Below, in pieces: positions 10,016-19,313 of a DNA stretch of 64,000 bases; position 1 is the first letter of the stretch, and every line of letters begins with the position of its first letter. A model generated the notes under the pieces. It saw only the letters and a program-made list of their open reading frames with translations. It searched no databases and was not told the DNA's origin. The stretch is from an uncultured delta proteobacterium (GTDB taxonomy: Bacteria > Desulfobacterota > Desulfobacteria > Desulfobacterales > JAFDCJ01). The position numbers and the translations under genes were made by a program. The stretch lies in NCBI GenBank assembly GCA_963769935.1, contig CAVYNY010000020.1, positions 192,001 through 256,000 on the forward strand, given 5' to 3'.

Positions 10016-10230
10016 AAATTCCAAATTCCAAGCACCAAATAACAAATAAATCTCAAATTACAATAATCAATGACCGAAGCCGGCCAAACCAAGAGAATCC
10101 GGCTGGTTACTTTTTCCGTGCACTCTTTATTGTCAGAAGCGGTGACCAAAACAGATGCAGTCCGGTTTGGAATTTTAAATTTTGGTCATTGTTATTTGTT
10201 TGGAATTTGCTATTTGGAATTTGTGATTTT
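10016..10230. repeat. Inverted-arm element, family A, copy 2
   Basis: aaattccaaattccaagcaccaaataacaaataaatctcaaattacaataatcaatgacc ... ggtcattgttatttgtttggaatttgctatttggaatttgtgattt. Confidence 0.8.
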
Positions 10231-10342
10231 AATATAAGCCGGCCCTGAAAACGGAATAAATTATGCGGCAGGTTCGCCGGCAACTCCTTATTTTCCAATT
10301 GCCTCTTTACATAGTTTACAATCCTCGCAAACGGACCAGTAT

Positions 10343-11674
10343 TCAGCCCACCGGCATCGTAATCAACGGCAGGAGCTGGCCTGCATCCGGAAGCTCCTCG
10401 CAGCGCCATAGCATCTGCTCTAAATCGGCCGCTCGTTCTTGGGGCATTTGTTCGCCGGCCAACCAGCGAAATTTTTCCCGCAGCGCCCGGTCTGTCGGCG
10501 GGCGGGTCGCTTCCCAGTTCGCTTCCACTTCACCGGAGTCAAATATTCCACCGCCCTGGGTTTCAATTTCAACACGCGCATACCGTTGAGCCGGAAACCG
10601 CGCACTATAATTTTCAAATTCGATCAGTTTCACGCAGTCACAAAGCTTTAATACTACCGGATTGGTCAGGGACTGTCCGCTGAGCTCCGAGACACCCAGG
10701 CGGCCGAACACAAGGGCCGCCGCCAGCGGAAAGGGCAGACTGTACTGCGCCTCCTCGGTGGACCGGGGGCGGCGGCAGTTTAGCCTGACAGCTTCATGAA
10801 AGGTGAAAACTCTTATCTGCCGCACCTGCTCGGGCTTTACACGGTAATTTTGCTGCAGCGCCAGGGCGGCTTCGATAGACGGCTGGGCCCAGCGGCAAAC
10901 GGCATGGGGTTTAAAATATTGTCCGGTAAATTGCCAGCTGCCGGCCAGATCATGCCATATTTCTTTGACTTCATCAGACACCACCGTCAACGCAGGGGCT
11001 CCCGTGAAACCGGCCTGTGCCAGCAGTGCGGCACTGACGCCGGCCATGGCGCCCCATCCGGAGCCGTCCTTTACCATGGTCGGATGGTCGATACAGCGCA
11101 TCATTTGAGAGCGCGGGCCATGGTACTCAGCGATCCCTAAGGCATGTGCAGTTTTCTCCCTGTCCAAACCGAGCCGCCGGGCAGTCACGGCAGCCGAACC
11201 GATGGCATTCCAGGCACCGGAGGTGTGATAATCGCAGGTGCTGGCATGCAGCGCCATGCCGGCTCGCAGAGCTATTTCATAGCCGATGACCAGAGCCGTC
11301 AGAAAGTCTTTGCCCGATTGGGCGGCCGGACTTCTCAAACCAATGGCAGCCAACAGGCTCGGCACTACGGCGGCGCCGGCATGCCCCTTGGTTAAACAAT
11401 GGCCGTCGTGGATATCCAGAGAATCGATGGTCATTCCGTTTGCCAAAGCCGCTCCCGGCGGCGAAACCAGGCGGCCGTCAAGCCACAATTGCGCGCCCTC
11501 CCCGGCGAATACCATCGCAGCGAAATCGTGAATAATCTGCGATAAGGTCGTGGCCCGGCCGCTGATGCCGGAACCCAAGGTATCCAAAAGGCATCGGCGG
11601 GCCTGATGACGAACGTTTTGCGGCAAATCGTTCCAGGTTGTTTCATGGATAAATTGAGCTACCTTGGTTTCCAT
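10343..11674 (-). CDS. MmgE/PrpD family protein
   Basis: LLDTLG, AALANG...LDIHDGH...GH, GYEI, YFKPHAVCRW, AQYSLPF. Confidence 0.9.
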   Translation of the reverse strand: METKVAQFIHETTWNDLPQNVRHQARRCLLDTLGSGISGRATTLSQIIHDFAAMVFAGEGAQLWLDGRLVSPPGAALANGMTIDSLDIHDGHCLTKGHAGAAVVPSLLAAIGLRSPAAQSGKDFLTALVIGYEIALRAGMALHASTCDYHTSGAWNAIGSAAVTARRLGLDREKTAHALGIAEYHGPRSQMMRCIDHPTMVKDGSGWGAMAGVSAALLAQAGFTGAPALTVVSDEVKEIWHDLAGSWQFTGQYFKPHAVCRWAQPSIEAALALQQNYRVKPEQVRQIRVFTFHEAVRLNCRRPRSTEEAQYSLPFPLAAALVFGRLGVSELSGQSLTNPVVLKLCDCVKLIEFENYSARFPAQRYARVEIETQGGGIFDSGEVEANWEATRPPTDRALREKFRWLAGEQMPQERAADLEQMLWRCEELPDAGQLLPLITMPVG

Positions 11675-11686
11675 AGCAAATTCGCC

Positions 11687-11849
11687 TTAGGGTTCACAAA
11701 AAAATTAATTCACAGTTTTAGGCGCTGAGGCGCTCTTGCGGCAAGGCGCGAAAACGCAGGAATATCCGGATATTCCGAGCTTTCGCAACGCAGCCGCAAG
11801 AGATGCATCGGCGTATAAAATGTGAAGTTATTTCTGAGTGAGCCCTTAG
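11687..11849. mobile_element. ~163-bp MITE-like element, copy 1
   Basis: Imperfect terminal inverted repeats ttagggttcac...gtgagccctta; near-identical inverted copy at 23388-23550. Confidence 0.8.
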
Positions 11850-11858
11850 TTTGGCCTT

Positions 11859-12098
11859 GAAGGGAAGTAGGCAGATAGCCAGAAGGCTTGGAAGCTGGGA
11901 GGCTCAGAGGCTGGAATGCTCGAAAGCCGGTCAGGACAAAATCTCTTCTTGTTTCCGAATTTCTCAACTTCCAACCCTCACAGCCGCCAATACTCCAGGC
12001 CTGCAAGTCTTTTAGCCTGTCGACCTTCAGGCTTCACATCTTCCCAACCTCCCGACTTCTCAACTTCTCAGCTTCCCGGCCTGTCAGCCTCCCAGCCT
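11859..12098. repeat. Inverted-arm element, family C (octamer GGAAGCTG / CAGCTTCC arms)
   Basis: gaaggcttggaagctgggaggctcagaggctgg ... cttctcagcttcccggcctgtcagcctcccagcct; abuts the MttB stop codon. Confidence 0.7.
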
Positions 12099-13548
12099 AA
12101 AGCAGTATTTCATACTTTTCCCGTATCGCCTTTTCTACGTCGGCCGGGATGTAAGCTTTTTCTTCCCGGGCCAGAATTTTTTTCGCAATCTCCCGCGCCC
12201 GTGTGCGGGCATCCTGCGAACCTTTCTCCAGCCATTTTTCCCGGCTGTCCTGATCGGCAACTCCAATGCCGTTAAAATATTCCCGGCGCATATGCGTCAA
12301 CGTGTGCGGTGAAGTAATAAATGACCCGCCGGGGCCGACCTGGTTAATGGCTTCCAATGCCAGGTGTTCATCATCCACCTGGATGCCTTGCAGGACTTGG
12401 CAGCACATGCCGATAATTTCGTCATCGATAACAAACTGCTCGTAGGCGACGGCCAGCATGGACTCCAGCATGCCGGCGGCATGGTGCACAAAGTTGGAGC
12501 CACCCATGGCCGCCAGTACGGTTGTCAGCGCTTTTTCCCAGGCCGCCTGCGCGTCCGGGATTTTAGCATCGGTCAGTCCGGACGAATTATAATTCGGCAC
12601 CTTTATAAAGTGCGCCAATTGGTGGATGGCGGCATTCATCATCCCGCACTCAACCGCTCCGCCCAGGTAGCCCAGGCTGCGCAGATTGGCCCGGCCGGGA
12701 ATACCACCGTACAGGACAGGTGCTCCGGGATTGGTCAGCTGGCAAATTGTAATCCCCGCCAGCTGTTCGGCGTGAAGCTGCGCCAAAGTTCCGGCCATCG
12801 TCACCGGTGAGGTGGATCCGGCCATGGGGGCGGCCGAAAGCGCCACCGGTATTCGATTGCGCACCGCTTCCTGCATGATCAAGGTCGACTGCGTGCACAG
12901 CTTCAGGGGGCTGATCGCAAAAGAAGCGATTACCGAAATAAAAGGTTTTTCCACCAGCGCCTGCTGATTTCCGGCGATCATAGACGCCAACTCCAGGACC
13001 TTGTGAAATCCTTCTTCGTTGCCGACGCCGGCCATGACATGCTTGGCGGTGGCCTTCAGGCAGGCGAAAAATGAATTGACGTCATAGGCCGCCACGGGAA
13101 TATCGGTGGGAATGCAGGGTCGCAGGAAAAAATGGATGTTGTCCAGAGCGTCCACCAGCCGCCCCAGCCGGTACAGGTCGCTCAAAGTAGTTGGGCGGGC
13201 CTGCCCGTCTTCAAGATCCAGAATTTTAACCGCCGCCCCACCTGTGCCGAGATAGACACGGTGGCGGGTCAGATCCAGATCATTTTTTCCATCACGGCTG
13301 TACAGAATCACCTGTTCCGGAGCCAGCGCGGCCTGGGACATGACCAGCTCAGGCTTGAGAAAAATTCTTGACCGTTCTCTATCTACCGATATGCCGCGGT
13401 TTTGGAGCATGTCGATAGCGGCTTCAAGGCCGGTCTCGTATTTCATCCCGGTGCTTTCCAGGATACTTAACGCAGCCCGATGGATGGCTTCGATATCTTC
13501 AGAAGACAACGGCTTATACAACCCGCCGCTGAGGCCTTTTAATGACAT
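12097..13548 (-). CDS. Trimethylamine methyltransferase (MttB) superfamily, non-pyrrolysine
   Basis: IHRAALSILE, SPL, PMAGSTSPVTMAG, GLTDAKIPDAQ, HAAGMLES, VGPGG; no in-frame amber codon. Confidence 0.92.
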   Translation of the reverse strand: MSLKGLSGGLYKPLSSEDIEAIHRAALSILESTGMKYETGLEAAIDMLQNRGISVDRERSRIFLKPELVMSQAALAPEQVILYSRDGKNDLDLTRHRVYLGTGGAAVKILDLEDGQARPTTLSDLYRLGRLVDALDNIHFFLRPCIPTDIPVAAYDVNSFFACLKATAKHVMAGVGNEEGFHKVLELASMIAGNQQALVEKPFISVIASFAISPLKLCTQSTLIMQEAVRNRIPVALSAAPMAGSTSPVTMAGTLAQLHAEQLAGITICQLTNPGAPVLYGGIPGRANLRSLGYLGGAVECGMMNAAIHQLAHFIKVPNYNSSGLTDAKIPDAQAAWEKALTTVLAAMGGSNFVHHAAGMLESMLAVAYEQFVIDDEIIGMCCQVLQGIQVDDEHLALEAINQVGPGGSFITSPHTLTHMRREYFNGIGVADQDSREKWLEKGSQDARTRAREIAKKILAREEKAYIPADVEKAIREKYEILL

Positions 13549-13641
13549 GCTTGACTCCTTTATAAAGGATCTTAATATACTTTTGATTCTATTGAAACCA
13601 ATTTTTGCATAGCCTTAAATACGGCGAGATGGGGGTAGAAC

Positions 13642-14541
13642 ATGCTGCTGGGGTTGCACACCTACAGTTTCTATCTGCACGGCATCGGGCAGGCCTGGGC
13701 CGATTTCAAACTGCCCTGGTCCAGGCAGATGAGCACATTTGAACTCTTCGATGCGGCGGTTGCGATGGGTCTCGACGGGCTCCATCTGGACGACGGGGTC
13801 TTGGAAACCCTCGACCCTTCCTACCTGCGGGAAGTAAAGGCGGCCGCTGAAGATCGAAAGCTTTACCTTGAGTATAACTTTTCGTTGGATATGGGCGGCA
13901 TGGGAATCGGGCTCCAGCACGATCTTGCTGAAGCCATTGCAACGACCGCGGCTTTGGGATCAGACGTCGTTAAAGTCAGCATGGATTTGAAGCGCCCGCG
14001 CCCGTTGGCCGCCAGCCGCTTCCATCCGCAGGTAAAGGCGCAGATGCAAAAAATTGCGTCCCAATTAAAGGCCGCGGCCCCGGCCGCCGAAGCTGCCGGG
14101 GTTAAGATCGCAGTCGAAAATCATTGCGACAGCTTTTCCGAGGAGATCCTCTGGCTGCTGGATCTGGTAGGCCATCCGATGGTGGGTGCCTGCATCGACA
14201 CCGTCAATGCCCTGATGGTCATGGAAGATCCCATGCAGGCTATTGCCAACCTGGCTCCGCGGGCGTTTACCAACCATTTCAGGGACGACCGGATTGAACT
14301 GCAGCGCTACGGGTTCAAACTGACGGGCGCCGCCGTCGGAGAAGGCGACATCGATATGAAAGGCGCCTACGAAATTATTAAAACCAAATCAAGCATGCGC
14401 CGCATCAACATTGAGACGGAGATGGAAATTCCGCTGGACGATATGGCGCAGGCGCTGCGCATGGAAAAGGAAACCGTTGAACGCAGCATCCGCTACTGCC
14501 GCGAAGTGCTGGGAATTAAGAGGGAAGATCGGGAGGAGTAA
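13642..14541 (+). CDS. Sugar phosphate isomerase/epimerase-family TIM-barrel protein
   Basis: AVENH, CIDTVN, NHFRD, GEGDIDM, NIE metal-binding motifs. Confidence 0.82.
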   Translation: MLLGLHTYSFYLHGIGQAWADFKLPWSRQMSTFELFDAAVAMGLDGLHLDDGVLETLDPSYLREVKAAAEDRKLYLEYNFSLDMGGMGIGLQHDLAEAIATTAALGSDVVKVSMDLKRPRPLAASRFHPQVKAQMQKIASQLKAAAPAAEAAGVKIAVENHCDSFSEEILWLLDLVGHPMVGACIDTVNALMVMEDPMQAIANLAPRAFTNHFRDDRIELQRYGFKLTGAAVGEGDIDMKGAYEIIKTKSSMRRINIETEMEIPLDDMAQALRMEKETVERSIRYCREVLGIKREDREE

Positions 14542-14558
14542 AGAATCCCGGTCCGAGG

Positions 14559-15272
14559 CTATCTGCTGCGGCATTTGTTGATTTTTTCCAGACTTGCAAG
14601 ATACAGGAAAGTATTCACCCCCGCCCAATGCCCTGCAGGAGGTTGATTCTTGTACTTGTTGTAAAAGGCGACCAGATCTTCGAAAGTATCCAGATCATTC
14701 CACCAGGGCAGCAGGTCTGATTTGACACCGAGTTTTTGGGCCTTCGCAAGGGTGTCGGACAGCACCCGCGCGGTACTCCAGGGAATATTATCAAACAGTT
14801 CCGGATGGGGTCGGCGCATGCCCACCAGATAGTAGCCGCCGTCGTGACAGGGGCCGAACACGACCTCGGTTTGATTGGACAGCAGGCGCTTGAATGATTC
14901 CCGAATTGACCAGCACGGTAAATCAGGGGTGTCGCTGTCTATAATGGAAACAGCGTCGTAGCCGCCGGCAAGTTTTTCAACGAAGATATTATTCAACCTT
15001 TCCCCCAGGTCCCGGCCTTTTTGGCAAAAAAGACCGATTCCATTCCGGCTGAACGGGACGAACACCTCCCCGGCATCCGCCGGCGTAAAAGCAATGGCCA
15101 GTTCGACCCCCCTTAAGGTGTCGAGGGTCATTAGCCGGTCCTGCAGGAAACATCGATACAGGTCGGCCGCCTCTTCGGATGTCAGGTGGGGGATGAGACG
15201 CGTCTTGACTTCGCCCGGCACCGGCGCCTTGGCAACCACGACTAAAAGCAATTTTTCGTGTTGTTTGTCCAT
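14559..15272 (-). CDS. DUF2064 / TIGR04282-type glycosyltransferase-fold protein
   Basis: AKAPVPGEVKTRL, QKGRDLGERL, IDSDTPDL, GPCHDGGYYLVG, IPWST, DLDTFEDL; TGATG overlap with the upstream gene. Confidence 0.9.
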   Translation of the reverse strand: MDKQHEKLLLVVVAKAPVPGEVKTRLIPHLTSEEAADLYRCFLQDRLMTLDTLRGVELAIAFTPADAGEVFVPFSRNGIGLFCQKGRDLGERLNNIFVEKLAGGYDAVSIIDSDTPDLPCWSIRESFKRLLSNQTEVVFGPCHDGGYYLVGMRRPHPELFDNIPWSTARVLSDTLAKAQKLGVKSDLLPWWNDLDTFEDLVAFYNKYKNQPPAGHWAGVNTFLYLASLEKINKCRSR

Positions 15273-16279
15273 CACAGGCTCCAGCGAACGCCGCATCCCC
15301 GGCAGCATTGCGGCGGTGTTTCAGATTGATGCTGTTTTCGGAAGTTGCGGTATCCGGAACCCCACCAGATTTCTTCCAGTGATTCTTTGAAGGCATTGCC
15401 CAAAACAATGGAAGCATAATCAACCGTGGCAAACGGGGAAATGCAGCAAGGCAGCACATTGCCGTTGGCGGTGATGTACATGAGGCTTGACGGTCGATAG
15501 CACTTGATCCAGGGCAATCCGGCGGCCGCCTGTCCGCGCAGACTTTCAGCAGGCTGCGATAATCCGGAGGCGTTGAATTGGATCCGCCGTTTCACAGCCA
15601 GGGCCTGGCTTTCCTCAATCAGCGCCGCAGTCCCGGCATCGGAGTCCTGCAGGCTCTTGGAATCCCGGGCCAGCCCATGGCCGTGATCATCCTGAAAATA
15701 TACCAGCCGTTGCAGGTATACCTCTCCGATGCCGATCTCGGCTGCCAGTTTCACAAAACCCGGTAGCTCGGAAATATTGTCCCTGGTTGCCAAAAACCAC
15801 AGCGAGGGTTTGGGGTGGGTCGCCCGGTGCTGTTTTTGAAGCAATACAAAGGACCTGAGATTTTCTAAAACCTGCTCAAATTTGTCGCTGTTGCGGATTT
15901 TTTGGTATCCGATGGCCGAGGCGGCATCCAGCGAAATGCGCAGTTCGTCCAGCCCGGACCGGATGAGATCGCGCTGCATCCGGCCGCTGAGAAGTGTGCC
16001 GTTGGAATTAAACAGCACATATACATCACGCCTTTTGAGGTGCCGGATAATTTCGCGAAGCGCTGGATTTAAAAGCGGTTCTCCGATGCCGTGCAAAATG
16101 ACCTTCTCCAGTTCCGGCAGCTGGTCGGTAATCATTACGACTTCTTCTAAAGAAAGATCCCGGCTCGGCTCCCGGCGGCCGAGGTATAAAATACAGCCTT
16201 TGCATCTGAGATTGCAGCGGTTGGTCGATTCGAGGTATAAAGTTTTGGGCAGTTTCAAATTTTGATGGACCACCAGCAT
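15272..16279 (-). CDS. Radical SAM protein with C-terminal SPASM/Twitch-like domain
   Basis: CNLRCKGC, GIGEPLL, SNGTLL, CYRP..YITANGNVLPCC...CCRGC. Confidence 0.9.
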   Translation of the reverse strand: MLVVHQNLKLPKTLYLESTNRCNLRCKGCILYLGRREPSRDLSLEEVVMITDQLPELEKVILHGIGEPLLNPALREIIRHLKRRDVYVLFNSNGTLLSGRMQRDLIRSGLDELRISLDAASAIGYQKIRNSDKFEQVLENLRSFVLLQKQHRATHPKPSLWFLATRDNISELPGFVKLAAEIGIGEVYLQRLVYFQDDHGHGLARDSKSLQDSDAGTAALIEESQALAVKRRIQFNASGLSQPAESLRGQAAAGLPWIKCYRPSSLMYITANGNVLPCCISPFATVDYASIVLGNAFKESLEEIWWGSGYRNFRKQHQSETPPQCCRGCGVRWSL

Positions 16280-16334
16280 ATTTTTGTTTAGATATTTAAT
16301 TGTGATTTCTTGCGCTTTATGAAAAAATAATTTC

Positions 16335-16415
16335 ATCACGAAAACACGAAATATAGAAATCACGAAATTTATCTTTTAACCTTTTCGTGTTTTCGTCCTT
16401 TCGAGCTTTCGTGAT
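16335..16415. repeat. Short inverted-arm element (CACGAAA / TTTCGTG arms)
   Basis: atcacgaaaacacgaaatatagaaatcacgaaa ... tttcgtgttttcgtcctttcgagctttcgtgat. Confidence 0.7.
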
Positions 16416-16504
16416 AAATTCGTTCTTTTGGTTTCGCTTTGTCCGAGTTAGGGGTTATCGACTTACCAACTTAACAGCTCACCAGCTCATCAGCCTAAAC
16501 GTTT

Positions 16505-17506
16505 TTACACCCCTCTCACAATGGTTGTACAAATGCTTCCGGTCCGCAGCGGTTTTGCGACCGGAGATAATTGTCCCGTCAGCTTTACGGTTTGGCCTTT
16601 ATAAATCGGACAGTATTCATCGGGCGCTTCCAAACTTCCGCGCAGCCTGCGCCTGGCGGCGCATCCGCCGCCGCAGTTGCGGACGTATTCGCAGCTGGTG
16701 CAAAATTGCGGGGTGTAATGGGTTGATTGAAATTGGGGCGTATCTAAAATGGCTTCTTTTTTTTCGGCAAGGTCATCGATGGTTAGATCCGAATCAGGCC
16801 AGTAGACGCAGGCTTTCAGTTTGCCGTCCGGTGTCACCCGCAGGCTGCGGCCGCCGCAGGCCGTGCCGCTTAAACCGTTTAATCCCAAAAATGTGTTCAC
16901 CAGCGGTTCCGTAACGGAGATGATTTCACTGTGGTCGAAGAGAATTTCGTAGGCATCCCAGTACTGCTCGAAACTCGGCATAAATTTTTCGGTGTACATG
17001 GGCTGGTAGGCATTGACGCGAAAATCTACATCGAGTGAGGCTGCCAGACGCGCAATGCGGCCCAGATCCGAGCAATTGAGATTCATCAGAACCGCCAGAA
17101 TCGACACGCGGATTCCCAGTCGCTGACATCTTTCAATACCTTGCATCACCGTCTGCCAGTTTCCGGCCCCGCGAAATCGATCCTGTCGAACCTGGTCCGG
17201 AAAATCGACTGAAAACTCGACATCCTGAAAGTACTTGAGCTTCTCATCCGGCGTAATCGCCAGCGTATAACCGTTGGAGGCCAGGGTCATCTTGATGTCA
17301 CGGCTCTGCAGGTAGTCTATAATCTGGAAATATTCCGGGTTTAATCCGTTTTCACCGGTTCCGAAGCCGATGGAGCTGATCTCGAGACTGGAGCAGACTT
17401 TTTGAACATCGGCCAGCGTCAGATTATAAATCAGATCCTGATCACGGTAGCAATGGGCACAATGCAAATTGCAGTTGCTTGTCAGTCCGATTCCCAGGGA
17501 AATCAT
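16505..17506 (-). CDS. Radical SAM protein with SPASM domain
   Basis: CNLHCAHC; C..G..LRVTPDGKLKAC, CTSCEYVRNCGGGC, DEYCP; RBS ggagg. Confidence 0.9.
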   Translation of the reverse strand: MISLGIGLTSNCNLHCAHCYRDQDLIYNLTLADVQKVCSSLEISSIGFGTGENGLNPEYFQIIDYLQSRDIKMTLASNGYTLAITPDEKLKYFQDVEFSVDFPDQVRQDRFRGAGNWQTVMQGIERCQRLGIRVSILAVLMNLNCSDLGRIARLAASLDVDFRVNAYQPMYTEKFMPSFEQYWDAYEILFDHSEIISVTEPLVNTFLGLNGLSGTACGGRSLRVTPDGKLKACVYWPDSDLTIDDLAEKKEAILDTPQFQSTHYTPQFCTSCEYVRNCGGGCAARRRLRGSLEAPDEYCPIYKGQTVKLTGQLSPVAKPLRTGSICTTIVRGV

Positions 17507-17547
17507 TTGGTTACCTCCGACCCAGATCGACTGGAAAAAAAAATTAC

Positions 17548-18231
17548 TTAAACTTTGACAATAAGGTATTTCAGCGGCACCAGAAACATATAGTAGGCGG
17601 CCAGGATGGTACCTCGAATGGTTCCGGTTACCTTGGATTGGCCGATGCGCCGGCGGTAATTGACCGGCACGCTTTGAATCCTCAACTTCTTGCGGGCGGC
17701 TTTAACCACCATTTCCACCGGCCATCCATATGTCATTTGCTGCATGCCCAGATCAAACAGCCGGTGCGCTTTGATCGCACGAAACGATCCGACATCGGTT
17801 ATATTTACGCCATATAGCCGCTGCAGTAAAAACACGATAAAGCGATTTCCCAGACGACCATGCAGCGGCATGGCGCCTTTCTCCAGCAATCCCTTGATGC
17901 GGCTGCCGATCACCAGATCCGCCCGGTTGTCTAATAGAGGGCCGACAACCGCCTCCAACTGGGCCGGATCATCGCTGCGGTCGCCGTCCAAAAATACAAT
18001 GACATCGGCATCCACGGCGGCCTTCGCGCCGGCCAGACATGCGAATCCGTAGCCGGGCCGGGGCTCAACAATAACCCGCGCGCCGGCTGAAGACGCCTGG
18101 GAGGCGGTATCATCGGTGGAGCCGTTGTCGACCACGATAATCTCATGCACCCGGTCGGCGGGTACGGCTCGGACAACTTCACCAATGGCCTGCCCCTCGT
18201 TGAGGGTCGGTATGACGACGGATATTTTCAT
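17548..18231 (-). CDS. Glycosyltransferase family 2 (polyprenol-phosphate sugar synthase-like)
   Basis: VIPTLNE, VVDNGSTD, FLDGD, GSR, RIGQSK. Confidence 0.92.
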   Translation of the reverse strand: MKISVVIPTLNEGQAIGEVVRAVPADRVHEIIVVDNGSTDDTASQASSAGARVIVEPRPGYGFACLAGAKAAVDADVIVFLDGDRSDDPAQLEAVVGPLLDNRADLVIGSRIKGLLEKGAMPLHGRLGNRFIVFLLQRLYGVNITDVGSFRAIKAHRLFDLGMQQMTYGWPVEMVVKAARKKLRIQSVPVNYRRRIGQSKVTGTIRGTILAAYYMFLVPLKYLIVKV

Positions 18232-18292
18232 TATGCCTCTGGTGCCTTTTATCTGACATCATGCTCGGATGAAACTATATGAATTCCGAAGA

Positions 18293-18510
18293 TTTTTTTC
18301 GATCAAACTGGCCGCCTTTCAGGCCAGCGGCGGTGCTCGTGTGAAACTTCATTGAATTCGATGCCATTTTTACGAAGTGTCTCACCGCTGAGAGCGCAGA
18401 GATTAATTAAACTTTTCTTTCTCGGCGTTCTCAGCGGGCTCTGCGGTGAACTATTATGTTTCTTTTTTGATCAGACCGGCCGTTGTTTTGGCCGACGGTC
18501 CGGCTGAGGC
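18293..18510. repeat. Composite intergenic repeat: two ttttt(c/t)gatca(a/g)ac(t/c)ggccg hairpin units around a caccgc..agag / ctctgcggtg inverted element (18382-18449)
   Basis: Direct similarity between ~18293-18330 and ~18463-18500; related ctctgcg arm at 33159-33190. Confidence 0.6.
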
Positions 18511-18539
18511 GGAACACCTGAAACCCAATCACAAACTGC

Positions 18540-19313
18540 CTATTGCAGCGGCCCTTGGGCATTCAGCGCCCAATTATAGTCCAGGTAGGCAATTTTGGGC
18601 CCATGCTGCAAAAATGCCAGCGTCTTTTCGTCAAGATAGGGCTTTATGAAATTCAGCACCGAACCCGACTTAGACTCGAAATCACCTTTGTACCAGTCAA
18701 ACAGTTTGGAAAGATAGAGGGTGTTATCCGCAGAGTCGGTGCGCGTGCCGCGGTTCGAGTTCAGGTACTTGCGGGTCTCTTCTTCCAGCTTGGCCTGCAC
18801 ATTTTCGGCGGTATAGGCAAAACGGGGCAGCGGCGGGCAGCTGGAAGATGCACAGACGATGGCGAAATGAATTCTGGGGTCTTTAAACTGCTTGCGTAAA
18901 ATATCGTTCTCGATATCGTCCTGGCTCAAATGTTTGCCGGCCACTATATGGTCCCGGGTGGTAAAAAATTTGGTCGAGGTCCAAATCCCCGGCACAAAGG
19001 TTTCGCGCACACTTTTTTTGGGCTTCCACTGGATTACCTTGTCGATGGTAACGGCATTGTAGGCATCGATCCAGAAAGCCAGCTGCCCGTCGCGGGACAT
19101 GGCCTCCGGATTGGCGGTTTCCAGGGATTTCATGTAGGCCCGGAACATGCTATCCCCGGCAATGCCGTTGTAGTCGACCAGCCCCTTGTCGTTGACATAA
19201 GTTTTCAAAACCTGATCGAATTTTGATTGATCGAAATCCGATGCCGTCGCCGGTCGGCAGAGGCCCATGACGATCAATATGGATGCAATAACGATGATTG
19301 TGTTGATTTTCAT
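18540..19313 (-). CDS. DUF547 domain secreted protein
   Basis: Signal peptide MKINTIIVIAS; GLVDY, LAFWIDAYNA, DPRIHFAIVCASSSCPPL, LSKLFDWY, YNWALN. Confidence 0.9.
   Translation of the reverse strand: MKINTIIVIASILIVMGLCRPATASDFDQSKFDQVLKTYVNDKGLVDYNGIAGDSMFRAYMKSLETANPEAMSRDGQLAFWIDAYNAVTIDKVIQWKPKKSVRETFVPGIWTSTKFFTTRDHIVAGKHLSQDDIENDILRKQFKDPRIHFAIVCASSSCPPLPRFAYTAENVQAKLEEETRKYLNSNRGTRTDSADNTLYLSKLFDWYKGDFESKSGSVLNFIKPYLDEKTLAFLQHGPKIAYLDYNWALNAQGPLQ

Noticed and set aside
11710..12275. ORFs over the MITE and repeat arms (also 10107-10409, 37093-37284, 61736-62014)
   Set aside because: Low-complexity translations of repeats, with no RBS or family motif
14559..17506. Selenocysteine readthrough in the radical-SAM / DUF2064 genes
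   Set aside because: The TGA at 15272-15274 is explained by a TGATG stop/start overlap and the domains appear complete
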